The notes under the pieces were generated by a model that ran no database searches, was not told where the DNA came from, and was given only the letters and a program-made list of their open reading frames with translations. A DNA stretch of 41,264 nucleotides from an uncultured Legionellaceae bacterium (GTDB lineage: Bacteria; Pseudomonadota; Gammaproteobacteria; Legionellales; Legionellaceae). The stretch spans positions 1 through 41,264 of the forward strand of contig CAWVYD010000001.1 of the NCBI GenBank assembly GCA_963934185.1. Direction: 5' to 3'. The translations under genes were made by a program, and so were the position numbers. Positions 1-7,984 of this stretch are shown here, piece after piece (the first letter of the stretch is position 1; each line of letters opens with the position of its first letter).

Positions 1-58
1 CTTCGCACCTTATGGCTGCGCCATAGTGTGGGTGTGAAATTTTATCGTTTTCGCTCAT
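1..58 (-). CDS. 5' end of an unidentified gene running off the left edge (MSENDKISHPHYGAAIRCE...)
   Basis: Minus-strand ATG at 58-56 is preceded by AAGGAAG (reverse complement of 61-67). The frame is open to position 1. Too short to assign a product. Confidence 0.3.
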   Translation of the reverse strand, partial: MSENDKISHPHYGAAIRCE

Positions 59-94
59 GACTTCCTTAATTCAATGGCATTGGGCAGCGCCCCC

Positions 95-114
95 TTTCCA
101 AGGAGTTTGGCTAT
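95..114. repeat. Solo end of the dispersed repeat family (TTTCCAAGGAGTTTGGCTAT)
   Basis: Matches the right terminal repeat of the full-length elements at 1397-1566 and 26286-26497 with 2 mismatches. Lies about 80 nt upstream of the MidA-like start. Confidence 0.7.
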
Positions 115-196
115 GGTTGCCCGCCTGCATGGTAATTTGCATATTAAAAGGGGAAACCTGGTAAAATACACTTTTTTTATTGAACGAAACGTATTT

Positions 197-1300
197 ATGT
201 TAATTGATGTGATTAAACAAGCCATTATAAAAAACGATGGCGCCATTTCTTTTGAGCAGTTTATGTCGCTGTGTTTGTATTCGCCGGGTTTCGGTTATTA
301 CTCAGGCGGCGGGGCGGTGTTTGGCGAAGGCGGAGATTTTATTACTGCGCCAGAGATAAGCCCTTTATATGGCAAATGCTTAGCCAATCAAATTGCCGAT
401 GTTTATCAGAAGGATTTTGATGTATTAGAACTGGGTGCGGGCACAGGCAAATTAGCTTTAGATATTTTACAACGATTGGATGCACTCAATGCACTGCCAA
501 ATACGTATTACATCTTAGAAGTCAGTGGCAGTTTAAAGGCAAGGCAACAGGCTTTCTTGATGGATTATCCGGCATTGTTTAAGCGATGTCAGTGGTTAGA
601 TTCTTGGCCTAAAATGCCCATTAAAGGCGCTGTTTTGGCCAATGAAGTGCTTGATGCCATGCCGGCAACGTTGTTTCGTAAAGGCGTTGATGCAACGATA
701 GAAAAAGCCTTTGTGATGGTCGATGAACAACAGGAAAATACGTTTCATTGTTTATGGCAAACAGCAGATAAAGCGCTAACGAAAACAGTTAATGCGTTAG
801 GGCCATTACCTGTTGGTTATCAAAGTGAAATTAATGAGTCCATTGCCCCGTGGCTGGCTTCTTTGTCTGATTCATTATCCGAAGGCCTTATCCTTTTGAT
901 TGATTATGGTTTTGATAGATCAACCTATTACCATCCAGACAGAAGCAGCGGTACTTTAATGTGTCATTACCAACATAAAAGTCACCCAGATCCGTTTCTC
1001 CATCTTGGTGAGCAAGATATGACTGCGCACGTTGATTTTACGGCAGTAGCTGAAGCAGCCTTTGAATTAGGCTTTGATATTTCAGGTTACACCCATCAAG
1101 CCGCTTTTTTAATAGGTAATGGTATTACTAATGATTTGGATGAACTCTCTGAAGAGGCACGCTTTAAAGCCAATCACGCCATTAAAATGCTGACCATGCC
1201 ACAAGAAATGGGCGAGCTTTTTAAAGTGATGGCACTCACCAAGCAATGCGATGCTGCTTTAAAAGGCTTTGAACTGATTGATCAGAGAATGAAATTATAA
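197..1300 (+). CDS. Class I SAM-dependent methyltransferase, MidA/NDUFAF7 (DUF185, COG1565) family
   Basis: Family-typical N-terminus ISFEQFMSLCLYSPGFGYYSGG...GDFITAPEISPLYG and SAM motif VLELGAGTGKLALD. ATG at 197 is preferred because the upstream 41 codons of the 74..1300 ORF are encoded by the repeat. Confidence 0.8.
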   Translation: MLIDVIKQAIIKNDGAISFEQFMSLCLYSPGFGYYSGGGAVFGEGGDFITAPEISPLYGKCLANQIADVYQKDFDVLELGAGTGKLALDILQRLDALNALPNTYYILEVSGSLKARQQAFLMDYPALFKRCQWLDSWPKMPIKGAVLANEVLDAMPATLFRKGVDATIEKAFVMVDEQQENTFHCLWQTADKALTKTVNALGPLPVGYQSEINESIAPWLASLSDSLSEGLILLIDYGFDRSTYYHPDRSSGTLMCHYQHKSHPDPFLHLGEQDMTAHVDFTAVAEAAFELGFDISGYTHQAAFLIGNGITNDLDELSEEARFKANHAIKMLTMPQEMGELFKVMALTKQCDAALKGFELIDQRMKL

Positions 1301-1396
1301 TTGCGAGCACCTACGTATTTGACTTATTTTTAACGTCACATGAGGAAAAAACTTACAGGCCTTTCTGCTGTCTTATCATTGCCCACTCGATTGGCT

Positions 1397-1566
1397 ATAT
1401 ACCCAAACAACTTGGAAATGCCTGTTTTAGCCTTCGATATTATCTCCTCATTAAAGGATTAAAACATTACAATCACTCGTGATGCTGCTGCTTTAATCAT
1501 TCAATGAAAAAACAATCTCTTTGACTAATAAATTTAAATTTGCCTTTCCACGTTGTTTGGTTATAG
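1397..1566. mobile_element. MITE-like non-autonomous element, copy 1 (about 170 bp)
   Basis: Left end ATACCCAAACAACTTGGAAA (1399-1418) pairs with right end TTTCCACGTTGTTTGGTTAT (1545-1564), 18/20 complementary. The first ~135 nt align closely with copy 2 at 26286-26497. No internal ORF. Confidence 0.75.
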
Positions 1567-1656
1567 TCCCCTTTTATTCTTTACTTGTCTTGTTCGAACT
1601 TAATAAGAATAGAGTGCCTTGCCAATACGGCCTAGGCGTAAAAAATTATTAACCTA

Positions 1657-1685
1657 TTGAAACATTTATGTTTATCTTTTAGGAT
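1657..1685 (+). promoter_or_regulatory. Candidate sigma70-type promoter for the minor-pilin cluster
   Basis: TTGAAA (1657-1662), 17-nt spacer, TAGGAT (1680-1685), about 75 nt upstream of ATG 1761. Motif match only. Confidence 0.25.
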
Positions 1686-1760
1686 AATTATTTAGTCCAA
1701 CTTAAAGTGCGACGTTCGAAACGTTATTCGAGGCGTGTTTTTATTCGCATGGAGTGCGAT

Positions 1761-2096
1761 ATGCAAAAGTCCTACGGCCTTTCTTTGGTTGAAGTGCTGG
1801 TGTCTCTGTCTATTTTTAGCATGAGTTCGTTAGCGCTTTTTAAACACCAATGGCAACTCACCAAACAATACCAATTTTACCAGCAGCAGGTACTCGCGCA
1901 GCAATTGCTTGATGATGCGAGTGAAGCGCTGCTATGGCGCTTTGAAATGCCAGTCGCTTTAACGTTGCGAATAACGCGAGAGCTTCATGGTACCTTTTCG
2001 AGTATTACGGACAGACCCTCATCGTATGTGTTACTTAACTTTCAGTCTAATGAGCCATCAAGCAGTCGTGCCCGTTCATTAAAGCGTGAGTTATGA
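1761..2096 (+). CDS. Type IV pilus minor pilin, PilV-like (prepilin-type N-terminal cleavage/methylation domain)
   Basis: MQKSYG/LSLVEVLVSLSIFS has a Gly cleavage site, Glu at +5 and a hydrophobic helix. Its stop overlaps the next start (ATGA at 2093-2096). Confidence 0.6.
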   Translation: MQKSYGLSLVEVLVSLSIFSMSSLALFKHQWQLTKQYQFYQQQVLAQQLLDDASEALLWRFEMPVALTLRITRELHGTFSSITDRPSSYVLLNFQSNEPSSSRARSLKREL

Positions 2097-2869
2097 AGAT
2101 GATTGGCAGCAGCTTGTCGGAAGTCTTAATCGCATTGTTTTTTTCAAGCTTTATAATGTCCATTATGGGCCAAGCATACCTATCCGTTAAAACGCATTAT
2201 CAATGGCAAGAAAAACAGTTTGAAGAGGCTCATCAGGCGTTGTTACTTACTGGTTGGTTGAAAATGCAAATACAATCGGCTGGGAATTTTGGCTGTAATC
2301 ATCAAAGTGCGCTGACATTTGATTCAAATTCTCCGAGCTATTTAAGCAACAGTGTTTGGCTGTTAAAGCCTGGTTCTGCTTATTTACCTAATGCCGTTAA
2401 ACGCAAGGCGGTGCCGGGCAGTGACATTTTAATGTTAAGCCAGTTAGCTCAGCCTTTAAATGTTGTCTTAAAAACGCAAGCCAATTCAGAACTGATTGCT
2501 TTCGTAAAACCAACCACGTTAAAAGCCGGGCAGAAGGTAGTGATAAGTGATTGTCAGTATGCCAGCCTTGCTGTGATTAAATCAGTAAGCCCATCAAAAC
2601 AAAAAGCAAGTTTAGTTAGCCCTTTGCTAAGAGCGTATGACCAAAATGCAACGATTAGCGCGCTTGAACTTAGCATTGTCTATCTTCGCAAAGTTAAGAA
2701 GGGGCGTGCTTTATTTGTTAGTAATGGTAAACGTTCAGAAGAGTTAGATCCTAACGTGGTAGGAATGACGCTTAGTAAGCAACATAACGATGGTCGTAGT
2801 CTTTTGCATGTGCAATTAAAAAGAGACAAAGGTCGTCCTTGGGATTTTTATGCGGGAGTAATAGGATGA
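2093..2869 (+). CDS. Type IV pilus minor pilin, PilW-like (degenerate prepilin N-terminus)
   Basis: N-terminus MKMIG/SSLSEVLIALFFSSFIM has Glu at +5. Its size and its position between the V-like and X-like genes fit PilW. ATGA overlaps at both ends. Confidence 0.5.
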   Translation: MKMIGSSLSEVLIALFFSSFIMSIMGQAYLSVKTHYQWQEKQFEEAHQALLLTGWLKMQIQSAGNFGCNHQSALTFDSNSPSYLSNSVWLLKPGSAYLPNAVKRKAVPGSDILMLSQLAQPLNVVLKTQANSELIAFVKPTTLKAGQKVVISDCQYASLAVIKSVSPSKQKASLVSPLLRAYDQNATISALELSIVYLRKVKKGRALFVSNGKRSEELDPNVVGMTLSKQHNDGRSLLHVQLKRDKGRPWDFYAGVIG

Positions 2870-3372
2870 GGCAACGCGGCATGATCCTCCTGGTAACGCT
2901 TATTATCACCGGGGTTATTTCTATGTTGGTACTGGCTAATATGAGATCTCAGCAACTTGCAACAAAAGTCTCTCACCTCACTCGCATGCAGCAAGATGCT
3001 CATTACGCTTTGTTGGCTAATCATCAACATTTGATTGACAGTTACCCTTGGTTAACAGAAAAGTGTGTGCAGCAAAGTTCGCCTAAGTTTTCCTATCCTC
3101 TTGAAGAAGCTTCAAACCGCTGGTGTTTGTGGCGGGGGCGTCATAATCAATCGTTTGATTATCAAGTATGGGATGGGGGGCTCGCATGCTGCCTGCTTAC
3201 CTCAAAGGACCGAATTGCTCATGTGTATCACATTCGTTTTCGAAAAGGAGACATGCAAGAGGCATCAACGATTGCCTCAAGTGTGATTGTTAGCGAGCTG
3301 TCAGAGTCATGTCATTGTCAAAAAGCATCTGGTATAAAAGAGGGAATAATTAATCAATATTTTGTAGGATGA
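2866..3372 (+). CDS. PilX-like minor pilin / pilus assembly protein
   Basis: MRQRGMILLVTLIITGVISMLVL resembles the PilX N-terminal domain. ATG 2866 overlaps the preceding stop (ATGA). Confidence 0.45.
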   Translation: MRQRGMILLVTLIITGVISMLVLANMRSQQLATKVSHLTRMQQDAHYALLANHQHLIDSYPWLTEKCVQQSSPKFSYPLEEASNRWCLWRGRHNQSFDYQVWDGGLACCLLTSKDRIAHVYHIRFRKGDMQEASTIASSVIVSELSESCHCQKASGIKEGIINQYFVG

Positions 3373-3376
3373 CTCT

Positions 3377-4165
3377 ATGAACACAGCAGCAACGTTAACA
3401 ATTGAAGGGCAAGTAGCCACCATTACCTTAAATCGACCTAAGGCAATGAACAGTTACAACTTAGACATGGCTGAAGCCTTACTAGCACATACTGAAGCGC
3501 TGTCATTTAATGATGAAGTCAGTACGGTGTTATTGCGCGGCGCAGGTAATGTGTTTATGGCGGGGGGCGACATTGAATTTTTTAGCAAAAAATTAGCAAG
3601 CATGCCCAAAGGCATTCGCAGCATCGTTCGCACCTTAGCCAATACGGTTAATAACATGCGCCAATCAAAGCAAACGTATTTGGCTTCGGTGCATGGCGCG
3701 GTCGCGGGGGCGGGGCTGAGTTTAATGCTTGCTTGCGATTTGGTCTTGGCGGAAGAAAACACGGTGTTTACCACCGCCTATAACCGTTTAGGCACCAGCT
3801 CTGATGGCGGCTTAAGTTACTTCTTGCCAAAGTTAGTCGGTGATAAAAAAGCCATGGAATTATTGCTTTTGTCTGATCGTATCAGCGCGCAAGATTGCGT
3901 GCGTTTAGGCATGATTAATAAAGCGTGTACAAGCGAAGAGTTCGAAGCAGACATTCAAAAATGGTTAAGCAAGTTAACACGCTTACCCGCAACCTCCTCA
4001 AGCAACCTAAAGCAATTGATTTATCAATCGCATCACTTAAGTTTTGAAAGCCAGTGCGAGTTAGAAGCCAATAGCTTCATTGAATCGGTTCAGACCAAAG
4101 ACTTTGCAGAAGGCGTGCAGGCGTTTATGGAAAAGAGAGCGGCTAAATTTGGTGGCAACGTTTAA
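3377..4165 (+). CDS. Enoyl-CoA hydratase/isomerase (crotonase) family protein
   Basis: Crotonase motifs LRGAGNVFMAGGDI and GAVAGAGLSLMLACDL, with length typical of the family. Confidence 0.85.
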   Translation: MNTAATLTIEGQVATITLNRPKAMNSYNLDMAEALLAHTEALSFNDEVSTVLLRGAGNVFMAGGDIEFFSKKLASMPKGIRSIVRTLANTVNNMRQSKQTYLASVHGAVAGAGLSLMLACDLVLAEENTVFTTAYNRLGTSSDGGLSYFLPKLVGDKKAMELLLLSDRISAQDCVRLGMINKACTSEEFEADIQKWLSKLTRLPATSSSNLKQLIYQSHHLSFESQCELEANSFIESVQTKDFAEGVQAFMEKRAAKFGGNV

Positions 4166-4546
4166 AGCCATTAAGCGTTATCTAGCTGAAACAAGCAGAA
4201 AAGTCACCCTTTCTAAGGAGTGGATATACCAATACGTGAGGAACGGATCAATTTGTGGGCTATAAAACATAGCCTTGTAGGAATACTCAGCAATTTATGC
4301 CATTATTTTAGCCAATCAATTAATTAATTCGTTAAGGAAGCAGTGCCATCTCAACCTGAAAATGCTGTACGACATTCCTAGATCTGTAGAGAATAAACTA
4401 CTTTTCAATAGTCTTAATTTAACCCTACCTCTTAAACATACAATAACGATGCCCTGCAATTTAAAAGGCTTATGGCACAAAAAATAAGCGTGTTCAAAAA
4501 CCGCAATTTATGACCGCGCGCAGTATACGTTATCTTTTGTTTGTCG

Positions 4547-5086
4547 TTAGCGATAGCGTTTTCCGCTGATAATATCTGTAATGCTGGAAGGCGATTGGTA
4601 ACCGGGTGGTTTATCAATGATGCCGTCAATAAGGGAGCCAAAGACAATAAGTAGTTCATCGACGTTTGTAATGGTAGGCTGATTGCTCACATTGGCACTT
4701 GTTGAGGTGATGGGGCTATTTTCACATAATGCGTGCGCAACAGAGTGGCTACTCATTCTAATAGCGATGCCTTTATTTGTGCCGCTTAATAACTTTGGTA
4801 ATGTTGGAAGCGCTGGGAAAATAAAGGTATGAGGGCCGGGCCATTTCGTTTCTATGGTTTGCCTTTGATTATTGTTTAAGGGGCTGCTTAAGGTGCTTAA
4901 TTGTTTGTAGTTGTGAATAAGTACGATAAAACCTTTATTGGCTGAGCGTTGTTTGACAACATTTAATTGCGCTAAGGCATTTTCGTTCATGGCATCGCAG
5001 CCAAGTCCCCAAGTGGTTTCGGTTGGGTAGGCAATGATCCCGCCATTTTCTATGATGGTTTTTGCTTCGTTTAGGGTAACTTTCAT
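4547..5086 (-). CDS. tsaC: L-threonylcarbamoyladenylate synthase TsaC (YrdC/RimN type)
   Basis: IIAYPTETTWGLGCD, KGFIVLI, WPGPHTFIFP and ITSTSAN align along the full length with E. coli TsaC. Confidence 0.85.
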   Translation of the reverse strand: MKVTLNEAKTIIENGGIIAYPTETTWGLGCDAMNENALAQLNVVKQRSANKGFIVLIHNYKQLSTLSSPLNNNQRQTIETKWPGPHTFIFPALPTLPKLLSGTNKGIAIRMSSHSVAHALCENSPITSTSANVSNQPTITNVDELLIVFGSLIDGIIDKPPGYQSPSSITDIISGKRYR

Positions 5087-5280
5087 AATAAGTACATATC
5101 GGGTATAGTGACTGCTCTTTTGAGCACTAGGCTAAGGCCCATGACTTTACCACAGTTGTACCGACATCGTTCAAATTTATGCCATAACCCTTTTTTCCTT
5201 TCATTTTTTTCCTGTTGTTGCTGATTTTTAATTTCTCTTCTTTGTTCTCCTTTACTTAAATTAATTAAGAGCACAACCTC

Positions 5281-6714
5281 ATGTTTTTAAAACAGTATCC
5301 TAAAGCAATACCTTATTTATTTATGACCGAAATGTGGGAGCGTTTTAGTTATTACGGTATTACAGCAGTTCTTATTTTATACATGTCTAAAACGTTCAGC
5401 ATGGACAATGAGCAAGTTTATGCCATTTATGGTGCCTATGGCGCTTTGGTTTATATGACGCCTTTGGTTGGTGGCTGGCTTGCCGATAATTACTTAGGCC
5501 GTGTGGCAACGGTGATTATGGGCGGTGTCTTTATTGCGGCAGGGCAGTTTATTGTATCGATGCCATCAACAGAGTTATCTGTTTTTTATTATGGTTTAGC
5601 CGTGGTGATTGTCGGCACCGGCCTTTTTATTCCCAACATTAACGCCATTGTAGGGGAGTTGTATGAGGCAAACGATCCCGGACGAGAAAATGGTTTTACC
5701 CTGGCATACATGGGGCGAAACATAGGCACCATTTTAGCCCCGATCATTGCCAGTGAAGTAGCAGCTTTATATAACTGGCGCTTAGCCTTTGCTGTGGCAG
5801 GTTGCGGCATGTTATTGGGTTTGGTGATTTTCTTAATCGGGCTACGTCAATATAATGCCCGTAGTTTTTCAGCAAGCATTACCCCCTCTTTAGTGGCTAA
5901 AGTTGCTATTTTTAGCGCGTTGTTATCAGGCCTTGTTTTTTTGTTTATGGCGCATAACCAATTGGTTGGCCCGCTTTTAATTTCCGTGGTCATTGGTATG
6001 TCACTTTATTTCATTGGCTTTGCCTGCAAAGAAGAAACCCTGCAGCGCGATAAAATATTTGCTGCCATGACGTTAACGGCTTTTTACATTGTATTTTTAA
6101 TTTTGCTGCAACAAAGCGGTGGTGCATTAAATTTATTTACCGATCGCTTCGTTGATAGAACTGCGTTTGGTTTTACCATTGAAACGGGTATGTTTCAGTC
6201 GATAGAGCCATTAGCGCTTATTATGTTAGCGCCTTTTTATAATCGTTTATGGACGTCATTAGCAGAGAAAAAGCGCTCAGTATCCGATGGCACAAAATTT
6301 GTTGGCGCCTTGGCGTTAATGTCTAGCTCATTTGTCTTAATGGCATTTGCCATGCATTTTACTAACGGCAACGGTTTGATTAGCATGCATTGGATTAACT
6401 TGACTTATGTGCTGCAAGCCGCAGGAGAGCTATTCATTGGCCCCATTGGTTTGGCGATGGTGTCTCGCTTAATTCCAAGCAAGGTCGTTGGTTTATACAT
6501 GGGCTTTTGGGTATTAGCGACAGCGGTTGCTAACTTTATTGCCGCAAAAATTGGCGCTTATATAACGCCTGTAGCTAATTTAAGCGGACATGTCTCTCAA
6601 CAGTTAGCAATACACTCTTATCAAGTTGCTTTTTTCGAACTGAGCGTGCTTGGTTTTACCAGCGTTGTCTTGCTGGCACTTTTAGTGCCTAAGTTAAACC
6701 GATTGATACGGTAA
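5281..6714 (+). CDS. Proton-dependent oligopeptide transporter (POT/PTR2 family, Dtp-like)
   Basis: Signature TEMWERFSYYG (ExxERFxYY) and multiple hydrophobic spans throughout. Confidence 0.85.
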   Translation: MFLKQYPKAIPYLFMTEMWERFSYYGITAVLILYMSKTFSMDNEQVYAIYGAYGALVYMTPLVGGWLADNYLGRVATVIMGGVFIAAGQFIVSMPSTELSVFYYGLAVVIVGTGLFIPNINAIVGELYEANDPGRENGFTLAYMGRNIGTILAPIIASEVAALYNWRLAFAVAGCGMLLGLVIFLIGLRQYNARSFSASITPSLVAKVAIFSALLSGLVFLFMAHNQLVGPLLISVVIGMSLYFIGFACKEETLQRDKIFAAMTLTAFYIVFLILLQQSGGALNLFTDRFVDRTAFGFTIETGMFQSIEPLALIMLAPFYNRLWTSLAEKKRSVSDGTKFVGALALMSSSFVLMAFAMHFTNGNGLISMHWINLTYVLQAAGELFIGPIGLAMVSRLIPSKVVGLYMGFWVLATAVANFIAAKIGAYITPVANLSGHVSQQLAIHSYQVAFFELSVLGFTSVVLLALLVPKLNRLIR

Positions 6715-6867
6715 GTAATTTATTGATTGATTGTTTGTTTGTTTATTGGGCGCATTGAGTTTGGTAGAAAAGATACCTACCCTAAATGACGTATTTTTAA
6801 GAAATTTGGGAATCTTATCGGTGATACGCTAATATATATATACCGTTAAGAAAATGGACTTTTAGAT

Positions 6868-7572
6868 ATGAAACTCGGTTTAAAAACATGTGCTGTACTT
6901 ATGCTGGCTCTTATGTCGACGCAGTCTGCGTTAGCGATCGAGGCTGACAAAACCTATAAAAATCTTGAAAAAATTCAAAGTAGAGTGATACCAAATGAGG
7001 TATTGGATAAACTCAAAGCTGGCAATGTTCGCTATCTTACCGGAGAAAAAAGACAGCATAACTTTCGCTCGCAAGCAAAATTTGCTTCGAATAAAGGTCA
7101 ATTTCCTTTGGCCTTTATTTTAAGCTGCGTTGATTCTCGAAGCATTCCACAAGTGATTTTTAATCAAGGCGCCGGTAGTATCTTTGTGGGTCGTGTTGCG
7201 GGTAACGTGTTAAGTAAAAACATGCTAGCAAGCATGGAATATGCCGCGCATGTTGGTACACGATTAGTGGTCATTATGGGCCATACGCAATGCGGCGCTA
7301 TGGGGGCGGGGTGTGCTGGTAAAGGATTTGGTAATATTAATCATCTGTTAGCAGAAATTAAACCAGCCGTTAGCCAGATAGCGCAAGAAGGACCATTGGT
7401 ATGTAACGATCCCAACACCGTCAATAAAATAGCCAAGGCAAACGTTGAAAATATGATGAGTGAGTTACTTAAAAAGAGCCCTTATCTCGCTGAGCGCATT
7501 ACTTCCGGGCAGCTAAAACTTATGGGCGCGATGCATAACATCAAATCCGGCAAGGTTGATTTTTTTGAATAG
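6868..7572 (+). CDS. Beta-class carbonic anhydrase with N-terminal signal peptide (periplasmic)
   Basis: Signal peptide MKLGLKTCAVLMLALMSTQSALA. Zinc-ligand motifs SCVDSR and GHTQCGA. Confidence 0.85.
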   Translation: MKLGLKTCAVLMLALMSTQSALAIEADKTYKNLEKIQSRVIPNEVLDKLKAGNVRYLTGEKRQHNFRSQAKFASNKGQFPLAFILSCVDSRSIPQVIFNQGAGSIFVGRVAGNVLSKNMLASMEYAAHVGTRLVVIMGHTQCGAMGAGCAGKGFGNINHLLAEIKPAVSQIAQEGPLVCNDPNTVNKIAKANVENMMSELLKKSPYLAERITSGQLKLMGAMHNIKSGKVDFFE

Positions 7573-7586
7573 TTTCTAGGGGCTGT

Positions 7587-7623
7587 CGATACCCAAACAC
7601 CTTTTCAATGAGTTTGGGTATCG
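7587..7623. repeat. Collapsed copy of the repeat family forming a 12-bp-stem hairpin
   Basis: CGATACCCAAAC (7587-7598) and GTTTGGGTATCG (7612-7623) are perfectly complementary with a 13-nt loop. Starts 15 nt after the carbonic anhydrase stop. No following U-tract. Confidence 0.7.
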
Positions 7624-7984
7624 TGATAATTACTCTGTTATTACAACTTGGCAGGTTAAGTGTTTGTTAAAAATGGTTGAATCGGGCGCGTCATTATTTA
7701 AAAGGCTTATGGTTACGCTGAATCTTAATTCAGACCCAGAAAAACAAGGATTGGGAAAAAGGATAAAAATGAAGAAAAAGCATGATTAATGGTTTCATTT
7801 ATTGTCATTTTGAAAGCAATAAGGGTCGGGAGCATATAAAAACCACCGTGATTTTGCAATTGATATTTTTAAAGTTGTATTCATACATAAAGTAGGGCTT
7901 GAAACCGAGCAGCCTCTGCGTTAAAATTGTTCTTTTTGAGTGATTTTGAAATTACTTTTGTTATCACCTTGGACTCCTTCCTTC

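Noticed and set aside
104-120. TTGGCTATGGTTGC resembling a sigma54 -24/-12 promoter (TGGCAC-N5-TTGC)
   Set aside because: The GG-to-GC spacing is two nucleotides too short. The match arises from the repeat end in this one copy only.
74-196. N-terminal extension of the MidA-like ORF (MALGSAPFPRSLAMVARLH...), and likewise 19235-19285 for the MFS ORF
   Set aside because: These codons are read straight through copies of the dispersed repeat. The same DNA gives similar pseudo-peptides (PFPRSLA, PFQGAWV) in unrelated genes. Family-typical N-termini begin at the downstream ATGs (197 and 19286).
4208-4236. CCTTTCTAAGGAGTGGATATACCAATAC as a further, degenerate copy of the repeat family
   Set aside because: Only the CTTTCYAAGGAGT part matches and the remainder diverges. 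Too weak to call without a genome-wide alignment.
5083-5274. 63-aa highly basic ORF between tsaC and the POT transporter
   Set aside because: It lies in the divergent promoter region, is low-complexity (the complement of a pyrimidine-rich leader), and has no start context or motif. Judged spurious.
6722-6846. Low-complexity ATTGATTGATTGTTTGTTTGTTT after the POT gene and (AT)5 at 6832-6842 before the carbonic anhydrase gene, as microsatellites or regulatory repeats
   Set aside because: They are short, imperfect and of the kind expected by chance in AT-rich intergenic DNA. No supporting structure was seen.
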